This document shows, piece by piece, positions 15,721 through 23,582 of a stretch of DNA of 64,000 nucleotides; within the stretch, counting starts at the first letter, position 1, and every line of letters starts with the position of its first letter. Source of the DNA: a virus (Duplodnaviria > Caudoviricetes); the IMG/VR virus record IMGVR_UViG_3300025316_001101; one strand, given 5' to 3'. The notes under the pieces were generated by a model, which was given only the letters and a program-made list of their open reading frames with translations, had not been told where the DNA came from and ran no database searches. Made by a program: the position numbers and the translations under genes.

Positions 15721-17196
15721 ATAACTGGCCAAACTGATCCCAGCCTGTTGTGCCCAACGAGCCATAATGTTAGTCGGTTTTTGCTCAGCCTTAGCGTTAT
15801 AATTGCCTCTCGCTTGAGAAATGACATTGGACTTATTAACTTCAATTGTTAATACTTTATGTTTGCCAGAATAATCTTCCAATTCCATAGTCCACATAGA
15901 ACAACGACCAGAAGAGCAAGAATGTGCATAGCTTCCTCCACAATGATGCAACGCCCGACCGTCAGCCACCAATTCCTTGTGGGATAGCATCTCACGAATC
16001 GTCCAAATCTTGCAGTTCTTATTATTGGATTCGCCTTCCTGCATTTCAAATCCAGGTAAACCACACGACTGCCAAACCGAGTTCTCACCCTTCTTCTCTT
16101 TACCCAATTTACGGTGCCACGCAGCGACCGCTTTCAACAAAGCCTCCGGGTCTCGATTCTTCATGCTCAGGTTCGGTTGTTCCGGCCCACGCTCTTCAAC
16201 AACACCAGGACCAACAAAAATACGCCGTCCAGCAAACCGTTGATTCTGCAAATAATCAATGATCGGACCCACATGTTCCGTGTCCAACATCGGATTAGCA
16301 ATAAACCAGCGAAGCACGCTCATCCAGAAATCTTCATTGACGAAATTATTTTCCAACAAAGTACCACGAATAGCATTTGCCAATCTAGCATCCCCACCCA
16401 ATGCATAGATTTGCCCCCAACGAATCGCCGCCCGAATATTATAATCATCCGGGGCTTTCATGAAGTGATGGGCCTCCATCTTGGTTATAGGGGTTGGCAG
16501 ATCAATTGCCTTACGAATATTATACCCCAAACCAATATGAATAAACCAAAGCTGATGTAGCAGGTTTTCTTCAAAGAATACCACATCCATGAACTTCGGA
16601 ACAAAATACTTCGCCAATAAATGGCGAGCCAAAGATGTAAACTGACGCCGGGTGTTGTGACTAGTCGGCTCCCAATCCTCCAAAGGCCGAATCCAATCCT
16701 TCTTCAAATTTGCCAGAGTAATCAATCCGGTCAATACAGCCTTCTTGCCAACAGCAAAATGAATGTCCTCGCCCACACAAGATTGAAGTTTAAGAGCCAA
16801 TTGAGAAATGGTCTCCCGCAAGGCGGGAGACCATTTCTCTTCTCGGTGTTCCCAATTTCCCAAAGCACGAAGACCAATTGGCAAATCCTTCCATTCGATC
16901 TTCCCATCGAAATACATTTTAATTGTCGTAGCCGGATCTCGAAACTTTCTTTTGGCGAGCATGGCGTCAGCCGCCATGCGAGTAATGATCAAGGTTTCAT
17001 CACGGAATTGTTTACCAGTCTTATTAACATTCCGACTAAAACCGTGTCTACGGCACCATTCTTTATACTCTTGTACAGACCCCAAGCCCAAGCGTTTAAT
17101 GTGACAATTCAACGCAGGATCATCTTCTGATCGAATTCTGGCCTTCTTGGTAGACATTCTATTATTATAGCCCAACGAAGTCCAATTGTGAATCAA
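15715..17196 (-). CDS. PcfJ-domain protein
   Basis: C-terminal WTIREML...L..DG..LHHC.GSY...C..G.CS.W...LTIEV pattern. Confidence 0.75.
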   Translation of the reverse strand: MIHNWTSLGYNNRMSTKKARIRSEDDPALNCHIKRLGLGSVQEYKEWCRRHGFSRNVNKTGKQFRDETLIITRMAADAMLAKRKFRDPATTIKMYFDGKIEWKDLPIGLRALGNWEHREEKWSPALRETISQLALKLQSCVGEDIHFAVGKKAVLTGLITLANLKKDWIRPLEDWEPTSHNTRRQFTSLARHLLAKYFVPKFMDVVFFEENLLHQLWFIHIGLGYNIRKAIDLPTPITKMEAHHFMKAPDDYNIRAAIRWGQIYALGGDARLANAIRGTLLENNFVNEDFWMSVLRWFIANPMLDTEHVGPIIDYLQNQRFAGRRIFVGPGVVEERGPEQPNLSMKNRDPEALLKAVAAWHRKLGKEKKGENSVWQSCGLPGFEMQEGESNNKNCKIWTIREMLSHKELVADGRALHHCGGSYAHSCSSGRCSMWTMELEDYSGKHKVLTIEVNKSNVISQARGNYNAKAEQKPTNIMARWAQQAGISLASYL

Positions 17197-17945
17197 GAAT
17201 ATTGTTTGGCTAAAGCCAACGCTTTTTCCTTAGTGAGAGCTAGGGCCTCTTGTTTAGACAGTTTATCTGGTCGCATGCTGAATTCTACCTTGGCCGCTAT
17301 TTTATGAGCCGCATCGTACTTCGTTTTCTTGTATTTCATCAGTATTCGCTCAACATACTCATGAATTAAAATAAACGGCCCCTCTTTGTTAGTATGTGGT
17401 CCTAGTTCTAACCATATCTCATCGTTGGGCACCCAGGAATATACATAGCCATGCCCACCCTCTATGAAATCGGTTTTACAGCGGTTCCTTACTTCTTCTC
17501 CATCTACCAGCCAAACATCGATGTTTTCATCTTTAATATGACCGTATTTACGAACATAAACTTTAACAGATGCTTTCTTATCAGTTCCCTCTGGATGTTT
17601 TTGAGAAAGACATTTTGAATCTCGATAATCTTTTTCTTTAATTACTCCTCGTTCATAAACCTTTTTTGCATTATCTCCATGTTCTGTATGCTTAACCTGA
17701 TACAAAGCTGTAGCAATAAGTATTTTTTGTTCTTCTGGCTTAACATCATCTTCGATCCATATTTCATTCTTGGGGATCAAGGAAGGTATAAAACAATATG
17801 TAGAAGAACCCCCGAACTCCTCGGCTGCTGGAGATGAGTTCCTCACGGCTTCACCATTAACTAAAAAGACCTTATATTTACCATACTGGTCTAACAGCTT
17901 CTTTTGAAAATTCTTCTTGTTGACATGTTCTAAGAATGTAAGCAT
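17193..17945 (-). CDS. Hypothetical protein with internal duplication, possible metallopeptidase (IHEYVE)
   Basis: Two V(F/W)LV(N/D)GE.VRN..F.(G/E)G...Y.(F/W).P..EIW(I/L)E modules; TAAATA 4 nt upstream. Confidence 0.6.
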   Translation of the reverse strand: MLTFLEHVNKKNFQKKLLDQYGKYKVFLVNGEAVRNSSPAAEEFGGSSTYCFIPSLIPKNEIWIEDDVKPEEQKILIATALYQVKHTEHGDNAKKVYERGVIKEKDYRDSKCLSQKHPEGTDKKASVKVYVRKYGHIKDENIDVWLVDGEEVRNRCKTDFIEGGHGYVYSWVPNDEIWLELGPHTNKEGPFILIHEYVERILMKYKKTKYDAAHKIAAKVEFSMRPDKLSKQEALALTKEKALALAKQYS

Positions 17946-17999
17946 ATCTTATTTAGGCAAAATCTTACAATTCATGCCTAAATATAGAAAGGGGGATTT

Positions 18000-18170
18000 A
18001 TGAAAACATTTCACGAATGGCTAGAAGAAAAAGGGGTATTAGAAGAGTCAATATTCACTTGTCAGAAATGCAACAGCCAAATCAACATCAGCGGCGTAAG
18101 TGAACCAGAAAAGATACACTGCAAAAAATGCGGTGGTGAGATGTCTAAGGTTTCTGCAAAAGCTGCATAA
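18000..18170 (+). CDS. Small zinc-finger protein (MKTFHEWLEE...)
   Basis: Manual translation, 56 aa, CQKC...CKKC. Confidence 0.6.
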   Translation: MKTFHEWLEEKGVLEESIFTCQKCNSQINISGVSEPEKIHCKKCGGEMSKVSAKAA

Positions 18171-18438
18171 CTTCAATCAAACTCCACACTGGCCGGAAGT
18201 CCTCATACAGACATTCTCCGCACACGCACTCTCCCAACTTCAGCGTATGGAAATCGAGATACCAACAACAACTACGAATGTTTGGCCCCCAATGATTGCT
18301 CCATCTTCTCACCCGATCACCAAGATCCCAATATGTTGATCCAGACCACGAATAAAAATCAGGAGATCTCTCGGGCACTTCGCATAAGGACCAATTGGCT
18401 ACAGTCCCTACAAAAAAATTACTAAAATCACACCTCAT
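18145..18438 (-). CDS. Hypothetical phage protein (SGSTYW...RRWSNHWG)
   Basis: ORF track, start trimmed to avoid overlap. Confidence 0.5.
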   Translation of the reverse strand: MRCDFSNFFVGTVANWSLCEVPERSPDFYSWSGSTYWDLGDRVRRWSNHWGPNIRSCCWYLDFHTLKLGECVCGECLYEDFRPVWSLIEVMQLLQKP

Positions 18439-18457
18439 CCTTGAACTAACTTTTCTC

Positions 18458-18883
18458 CTATTTTGTTGCCATGTTATACATTTGAATGGGAGATATCTTT
18501 CTAGGAAACCACATAATACTTTGTTCTCGTAGTGCTGCTGCGCATATCTCCGAACAATACCACTTGTTGTTATTCTGAATATCCCCTGGAAAGAAGAAAC
18601 ACAATATCCCCTTCCAGTCATAAAGCTTTCCTACTTGTGTCTGACACCATGCTCGTATTACGGCTTCTTCTTGAACTGGCAAAACCGATAAGTGTACAAT
18701 GTCCCAATTGGCAGGAGCGATATTGATTTGCTTAAACCTAACGCCTCCGTCTCGACCAGATGACGAAAAGCACATGCCATCACTGAATCTAATCTCTACA
18801 TGGCTATAGCGGCCCCAAGTGGCCCAAGCTATCGCCTTGTCGGCATAATCGCCCTGAGAAGCAATATAAAACATTAGGTCCAT
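18458..18883 (-). CDS. Permuted papain-like NlpC/P60 (YiiX/YebB-like) protein
   Basis: YSHVEI early and WYCSEIC late (His-before-Cys permutation). Confidence 0.75.
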   Translation of the reverse strand: MDLMFYIASQGDYADKAIAWATWGRYSHVEIRFSDGMCFSSSGRDGGVRFKQINIAPANWDIVHLSVLPVQEEAVIRAWCQTQVGKLYDWKGILCFFFPGDIQNNNKWYCSEICAAALREQSIMWFPRKISPIQMYNMATK

Positions 18884-18901
18884 ATGTTATTTACCGCTGA
18901 A

Positions 18902-19636
18902 TCATTTATTTATTACAAACACCGCTACGCCATTCCACCAATTTTCTTGATCTTGATTTCCGGTTGCGGGTAATTCCCATTGTTTGCTTATTGTCCAATT
19001 TAACTTCTTAAAAGCCGCTGCTGTGCCATTCTTAGTCGTTGCCCAATTCCAATCATCTACAACTATAATCACCGTACTGGATAACACGTTGGCAAAATGC
19101 GTTATCCCCTTCTCTTGTGCCGCTTCATCATGGTCTCCGTCATAAAAATAAATATCAAAAGGATTATTAGATTGATATGTGCGATAACCCTCGGCACCAC
19201 ATCCAGACCCTACAATAGTTGGTCCAGGCCCCTCTACTAGATCTACGGTGAAACAATCCTGATCAATAAACTTATATTTTCTGTGCTTCAAATGAATATT
19301 ACAATATAATGATCTTCTTAATTTTACATCCAAGTCTAGTGTGCCATATGAAAAATCATCAATCCCGACAGGCAACCTATGCATTTCATTGTCATAAACC
19401 GCCGAAATGAAAGTAGATCCTTGCCAAACTCCAACCTCTAAATACCTATTATCAGGAATTGAACACAGATTATTCAAAAAATGTCGCATCTTTACACTAG
19501 AAAGACCACGCATCATTAAGATTTCCTCAGTCAGCTTCGACTGACCATTATTGGCCATGTGAATTGACCAATCGGTCAATCTAATAGCTATATCTGTATT
19601 CATATCCACCCTCCCTATATTAAGAGAGTTTGTCAT
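18902..19636 (-). CDS. Class I SAM-dependent methyltransferase
   Basis: YLEVGVWQGST, FDIYFYDGDH, IVVDDWNW. Confidence 0.85.
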   Translation of the reverse strand: MTNSLNIGRVDMNTDIAIRLTDWSIHMANNGQSKLTEEILMMRGLSSVKMRHFLNNLCSIPDNRYLEVGVWQGSTFISAVYDNEMHRLPVGIDDFSYGTLDLDVKLRRSLYCNIHLKHRKYKFIDQDCFTVDLVEGPGPTIVGSGCGAEGYRTYQSNNPFDIYFYDGDHDEAAQEKGITHFANVLSSTVIIVVDDWNWATTKNGTAAAFKKLNWTISKQWELPATGNQDQENWWNGVAVFVINK

Positions 19637-19928
19637 ATGAATAATCTAACAAGACCACCCGTTTTTCTAAATCAGCAATTTTACCGAACCGTTGTCGGCC
19701 TCTATCTGATTGTATAAGGATATAGTCCTTTAAGTCTACTTGTAACAACCAATGAGCCATTACTCTATGGTGCCCATCTTGTATTTCAATACTTCCATCT
19801 TCCAACTCAGCTAAAATCACTGATGGCAATGGATCACCCGCAACAATCGCTTCCATCATGGATGGAAGTTGGTCAGGATTACGCAGCTTTCGCTGGGTAA
19901 CATAAATTATTTCTGTATTCATCGACAA
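19620..19928 (-). CDS. ParB/sulfiredoxin-like domain protein
   Basis: IQDGHHRVMA motif. Confidence 0.7.
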   Translation of the reverse strand: MSMNTEIIYVTQRKLRNPDQLPSMMEAIVAGDPLPSVILAELEDGSIEIQDGHHRVMAHWLLQVDLKDYILIQSDRGRQRFGKIADLEKRVVLLDYSYDKLS

Positions 19929-19964
19929 AGATGAATACAGGAGGACCAGTTATATGTTTCATAG

Positions 19965-20039
19965 TACCCCCGGCAGGAATCGAACCTGCTATTGCCAATT
20001 TAGAAGATTGGTGCCTTATTCCAGTCGAGCCTCGGGGGC
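19965..20039 (-). tRNA. tRNA-Arg(TCT)
   Basis: CCAAT-CTTCTAA-ATTGG; canonical T arm. Confidence 0.9.
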
Positions 20040-20087
20040 GTTTGTTTTTGCGATCATAACTATAAATACTGTTTTAGAGGCAAGCCT

Positions 20088-20528
20088 ATGAAGGTAATTG
20101 CGCCAAGATATAGTAATTGTTTATTAATCTTGTTTTACTTGCTTCTAAGAGGCAAAATACATTTCATTGTTGGCGTAAATTCTGATAGTTCTTGGTGGCC
20201 TTGGCACTTCTTAACACTCAATAAAAAAGGTCACGCTCTCCATTTTAGTCACATTTTGAAACATGAATGGAATCACTTAGCCCCCTGGTGGTTCTTAGGC
20301 CGAATACAAGGCATAGCTAAATGCAAACAAAAAGAAATTATAGCACAACACCATAAAGAAATACGCTTCGTGACTAACAGAATATACCTGTCTCTAACAA
20401 TCTGTTTTATATTCTGTGCCTTTGCTATCATTCCTTACCTTATAGTATTTGCTCTTTACCCCTATTGCTTTGTAATCTATTGGCCAATACATGCCATTGT
20501 TCGCAAATTACAACAGAGTCTTAAATAA
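20088..20528 (+). CDS. Membrane protein with HExxH (HEWNH)
   Basis: ORF track; exact TATAAATA upstream at 20061-20068. Confidence 0.55.
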   Translation: MKVIAPRYSNCLLILFYLLLRGKIHFIVGVNSDSSWWPWHFLTLNKKGHALHFSHILKHEWNHLAPWWFLGRIQGIAKCKQKEIIAQHHKEIRFVTNRIYLSLTICFIFCAFAIIPYLIVFALYPYCFVIYWPIHAIVRKLQQSLK

Positions 20529-20537
20529 AATTTCAAG

Positions 20538-20608
20538 CAGGATCGCTCGGTTCCGCCCCGAGACCGTTGGTTTTGGAGACCAAAATGCTGCTGTTACACC
20601 ACGATCCT
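20538..20608 (-). tRNA. tRNA-Trp(CCA)
   Basis: TTGGT-CTCCAAA-ACCAA; acceptor AGGATCG/CGATCCT, G73. Confidence 0.85.
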
Positions 20609-20613
20609 ATAAG

Positions 20614-20696
20614 CAAGGACGGAGAGAATCGAACTCTCATTTCGGCTTACGCCAAACGGTTTTGGAGACCGCTGCATTCCAGTCTGCCACGCCCTT
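20614..20696 (-). tRNA. tRNA-Trp(CCA) with long variable arm
   Basis: GCGGT-CTCCAAA-ACCGT; variable arm TTGGCGTAAGCCGAA. Confidence 0.8.
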
Positions 20697-20700
20697 ATAA

Positions 20701-20778
20701 AGCCCCGTTGCCTGGGCTTGAACCAATACCTTGGGCTCCAATTGCAAATGCGAGTGCCCACGTGCTACCACGGCTAGG
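20701..20778 (-). pseudogene. Degenerate tRNA-like element (possible GCA or TGC loop)
   Basis: T-arm-like TTGG-TTCAAGC-CCAG; poor anticodon and acceptor pairing. Confidence 0.3.
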
Positions 20779-20952
20779 ATTTCATCCTGTTACTAATGAT
20801 TGATGATTGTGTATCTAGTCTCAAGAACCTGTCCAGGCTCTTCCCCCGGCTCACAGTTTTTTACGCTTTTGCAATTGTTATTCTTGAGCATTCAAAACTT
20901 TTGTCTCACGTTTTCGCAATCTTACTCTCTTTCACCTTTACACCACAACGGG

Positions 20953-21363
20953 TTAATACATTTTTTGGTTCGCAATCGTACAATGAAAGCATTTCCTAAA
21001 TCCTTCAGGCGGTAGCGTGAATTCACTTCTTACCGGCAAACCCAACTCAAGTCTGATATCTTCCAGTCGTACACAAAATATGTTCAACCAGTAGTAAACC
21101 TTTCCCTGTTGGACTATCGGACTATAAAAGAATTCAACTTCTTCGCCCTGATACTTCTTCCAATGTTCTTTGTGAACCGGCTCCTCTTTTTCTTGTCTTA
21201 CAACCGTAATATGTGGATCATATCGAGTGGGCATTACGGGCAACCATTTCGGAATCAATGCCCTATAATACTCTGCGATACCTTTATCCACCTCCACAAT
21301 TAATTTCCATCCTTCATCAGAATACCTTAGTTTTCCGATTGAAGGACATAACACTTCGTCCAT
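20953..21363 (-). CDS. 2H phosphoesterase family protein
   Basis: Two HxT motifs (PHITV, FHCTI); paralog of 39730-40152. Confidence 0.7.
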   Translation of the reverse strand: MDEVLCPSIGKLRYSDEGWKLIVEVDKGIAEYYRALIPKWLPVMPTRYDPHITVVRQEKEEPVHKEHWKKYQGEEVEFFYSPIVQQGKVYYWLNIFCVRLEDIRLELGLPVRSEFTLPPEGFRKCFHCTIANQKMY

Positions 21364-21364
21364 A

Positions 21365-21497
21365 GGGTCGTTGACGAGACTCGAACTCGCATCTTCTCCT
21401 TATGAGAGCTATTTTGCCCACTGGAATTTTTAATCGTTCTACGTTGTTACTCAGCGCTTTTCACAACGCTTCCCGTCCAGATCAAACTACAACGACC
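21365..21497 (-). tRNA. tRNA(CAT)-like RNA with ~60-nt D-loop insertion
   Basis: Acceptor GTCGTTG/CAACGAC, T arm GCGAG-TTCGAGT-CTCGT, CTCATAA loop with weak stem; insert closed by CTGGA/TCCAG. Confidence 0.5.
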
Positions 21498-21502
21498 ATA
21501 AA

Positions 21503-21682
21503 GTTGATTGATCCTGCCTTACCATTATGGATGCTAGCATCGGCTAAGTGACTAACGATCTGTGCCATTTATGCCTTTCAGCACCCCATTCAAGGGCCAC
21601 ACCCATCCCATCCACACACCAACTGCCGCCAGTGCTGACTTTAGGGATTCAGGAGTCTCACCTGCCTTCTCGTTCAATCAAC
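21503..21682 (-). ncRNA. Candidate 180-nt structured ncRNA inside tRNA cluster 2
   Basis: 9-bp terminal stem GTTGATTGA/TCAATCAAC; internal CAGG-TGAGACT-CCTG and TCAGCAC/GTGCTGA. Confidence 0.5.
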
Positions 21683-21684
21683 AG

Positions 21685-21758
21685 GGTGTACGAGCGGACC
21701 TGCCCCGCCTTACTCTTGCTTCACAGGCAAGACCCTCGACTACTTCGGGATCGTACAC
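21685..21758 (-). tRNA. tRNA-His(GTG), atypical D/T loops
   Basis: 8-bp acceptor GTGTACGA/TCGTACAC (G-1), C73; TCTTGC-CTGTGAA-GCAAGA. Confidence 0.75.
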
Positions 21759-21760
21759 AG

Positions 21761-21834
21761 AGCGGTATGAGGGAGTCGAACCCTCACCTAAACGTTGGCA
21801 ACGTTTCGTGCAGCTACCGCTACACCAATACCGC
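21761..21834 (-). tRNA. tRNA-Gly(GCC)
   Basis: AAACG-TTGCCAA-CGTTT; U73. Confidence 0.9.
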
Positions 21835-21840
21835 ATACAG

Positions 21841-21912
21841 TGTGGCATCAAGGAATTGAACCTTGGACCTGCGCCTTATCAGAGCGCCGCTCTACTACTG
21901 AGCTAATACCAC
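21841..21912 (-). tRNA. tRNA-Ile(GAT)
   Basis: GCGCT-CTGATAA-GGCGC; A73. Confidence 0.9.
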
Positions 21913-21922
21913 ATTATTTCAG

Positions 21923-21995
21923 GGTGATTGAGGGTAATCGAAACCCCTCCTACAGATCCACAATCTGCCGTGCTAACCTTTACACCACAACCACC
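21923..21995 (-). tRNA. tRNA-His(GTG)
   Basis: GCAGA-TTGTGGA-TCTGT; G-1 and C73. Confidence 0.9.
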
Positions 21996-21999
21996 ATAA

Positions 22000-22221
22000 T
22001 TAACCTATTACTCCCCACAAAAAATCACACACTCTTTCCCACCAAGTTACTCGCCAAAATTGTCTGCCATGACAACTCACATTGTAATGACGCCATTGAG
22101 ATTTCTCTCCCTGGCGATCTAAATTCCACATTTTACTTTCGGAGTGCAACCATCCTCTCGCCCACGCCTGTGCAAAATGACTTATCGGTTCATGTCTGGT
22201 TAAGGTTTTGAAATGCTTCAT
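22000..22221 (-). CDS. Hypothetical protein
   Basis: ORF track. Confidence 0.5.
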   Translation of the reverse strand: MKHFKTLTRHEPISHFAQAWARGWLHSESKMWNLDRQGEKSQWRHYNVSCHGRQFWRVTWWERVCDFLWGVIG

Positions 22222-22466
22222 TTCTTATCAAACTGACTTTCGGCCCGCTTACCAACCAAAAACGCCTGATAAAGAGTTTCAATCATTTCGTCCTGATTTT
22301 CCTTCGGATTCAATCGTGTTCCACAATGCGAACAAAAGCGTGCGCTGCTAAAGCAAGACTTCTTGCACTCATCGCACATGATCCGCATTTCAAACACGTT
22401 CCAATCCTTGGATTCCAGGTACTTACCCATCTTTCTTGCAACTGTTTCTTTCTTAGTCATTTTCAT
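22218..22466 (-). CDS. Small double-CxxC protein
   Basis: CDEC...FCSHCG. Confidence 0.6.
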   Translation of the reverse strand: MKMTKKETVARKMGKYLESKDWNVFEMRIMCDECKKSCFSSARFCSHCGTRLNPKENQDEMIETLYQAFLVGKRAESQFDKK

Positions 22467-22473
22467 TCTCCAA

Positions 22474-22547
22474 GTGGGACCACTGGGAATCGAACCCAGG
22501 TTGTCGGATTAAAAGTCCGATGTTCTGCCGACTGAACTATAATCCCA
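22474..22547 (-). tRNA. tRNA-Lys(TTT)
   Basis: TCGGA-CTTTTAA-TCCGA. Confidence 0.92.
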
Positions 22548-22550
22548 AAG

Positions 22551-22623
22551 TCGGGCTACCAGGAATCGAACCTGGATTCCGAAGTTATCAGCTTCGTTTC
22601 TTAAACCATTGGAACATAGCCCG
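22551..22623 (-). tRNA. tRNA-Ile(GAT)
   Basis: CGAAG-CTGATAA-CTTCG. Confidence 0.92.
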
Positions 22624-22783
22624 CATGCAACGGAACCACACGCAAAACCTCACTGGCTAACGTCGCCTTGAGAAATAAAGCCGCTTGCACTTTGCTATCG
22701 GCCGAAATTTGCGTCTTCCGCTGCTTTCCATCTTTCTTTGACTTATAAGTCACCTCAAATCTTGTATAATTTCTCTTCATCAT
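22601..22783 (-). CDS. Small basic hypothetical protein
   Basis: GGAG RBS; 3' end overlaps tRNA-Ile. Confidence 0.45.
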   Translation of the reverse strand: MMKRNYTRFEVTYKSKKDGKQRKTQISADSKVQAALFLKATLASEVLRVVPLHAGYVPMV

Positions 22784-22790
22784 TCTCCTA

Positions 22791-22873
22791 GTAGGACCGA
22801 AGGGAATCGAACCCTTATTGCCCTTTCGAGCCCAGATTAAAAGTCTGGAGCATTCCAGTCTGCCACGATCCCA
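22791..22873 (-). tRNA. tRNA-Lys(TTT) with long variable arm
   Basis: CCAGA-CTTTTAA-TCTGG; variable arm GCTCGAAAGGGC; D arm identical to Trp 20614-20696. Confidence 0.82.
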
Positions 22874-22902
22874 TATTGGTGATCGTTGCACGTTTAAGCC
22901 TG

Positions 22903-23178
22903 TTAAAATCCATCTTCCATTTCCTTAATCATTTGTTCAAGAGCAACTTCTTGCTCTGTAATTTTTTGATATTCTTCCGGCGTCATATCTGCCGCACAGT
23001 TGTTGTTACACAACTTCACCAACTTTTCATGTGTCGGTGACTTCCATTTCTCGGCTAACATTTCCTCACCACCGCCGATCAAGTCAACCCATCCCATTCC
23101 CATCGCATTTTCAAATGCGTCTTCTGCGCCACATCGGGTGCAATATGCTCCCGGCCAACCACTCCAATTATGTGCCAT
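22903..23178 (-). CDS. Hypothetical protein (MAHNWSGWPGAYCTRC...)
   Basis: AGGAG RBS; start trimmed from ORF track. Confidence 0.65.
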   Translation of the reverse strand: MAHNWSGWPGAYCTRCGAEDAFENAMGMGWVDLIGGGEEMLAEKWKSPTHEKLVKLCNNNCAADMTPEEYQKITEQEVALEQMIKEMEDGF

Positions 23179-23199
23179 GTTAGTTCTCCTTTGGTGTCT

Positions 23200-23228
23200 A
23201 TTATACCGTAACTGATCCAACTTGTGAA
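23200..23228 (-). promoter_or_regulatory. sigma70-type promoter (TTCACA-17-TATAAT)
   Basis: Consensus match just downstream of attenuator-2 terminator. Confidence 0.6.
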
Positions 23229-23235
23229 CACCAAA

Positions 23236-23268
23236 CAAAAAACCCCGGTTCTTCGAACCGGGGTTTTT
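23236..23268 (-). terminator. Intrinsic terminator (attenuator 2)
   Basis: Stem AAAAACCCCGGTTC/GAACCGGGGTTTTT with U-tract. Confidence 0.9.
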
Positions 23269-23317
23269 CCTAAAACTTATACCGGTTCGGGCTGTCCCGA
23301 CCGGCGTATGCCTTGGT

Positions 23318-23395
23318 TCAGGACGTAGTGTGGCTAATATGACCGTGTTTCGGCCAGCATTTACCACTACGTCTTGTAATCAAAGCAAATAACAT
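23318..23395 (-). CDS. Leader peptide 2 (MLFALITRRSGKCWPKHGHISHTTS)
   Basis: AAAGGA RBS; enriched in codons read by cluster-2 tRNAs; followed by competing hairpins and terminator. Confidence 0.75.
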   Translation of the reverse strand: MLFALITRRSGKCWPKHGHISHTTS

Positions 23396-23413
23396 TTTCG
23401 TTTCCTTTACACC

Positions 23414-23441
23414 TTAGACGCACCAAGCGTCCAAAAGGTTC
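23414..23441 (-). promoter_or_regulatory. ECF-sigma-like promoter (GAACCT-16-GTCTAA)
   Basis: Matches GAACTT-N16-GTCTAA ECF consensus, ~19 nt upstream of leader 2. Confidence 0.4.
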
Positions 23442-23504
23442 ACTAAAAAATGGGCCGGTCATATAGACACGGCCAACCTCTCACCAAGAGAGGGGAGTCG
23501 TAAG

Positions 23505-23577
23505 TGGCAGACCCAGGTTCCGACCCTGGAAGCCTCGGCTTATGAGACCGAGAAGGCGACCACGCCTACCATCTGCT
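23505..23577 (-). tRNA. tRNA-Met(CAT), initiator-like (1:72 mismatch)
   Basis: CTCGGT-CTCATAA-GCCGAG; A1/C72 mismatch. Confidence 0.75.
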
Positions 23578-23582
23578 ATAAG

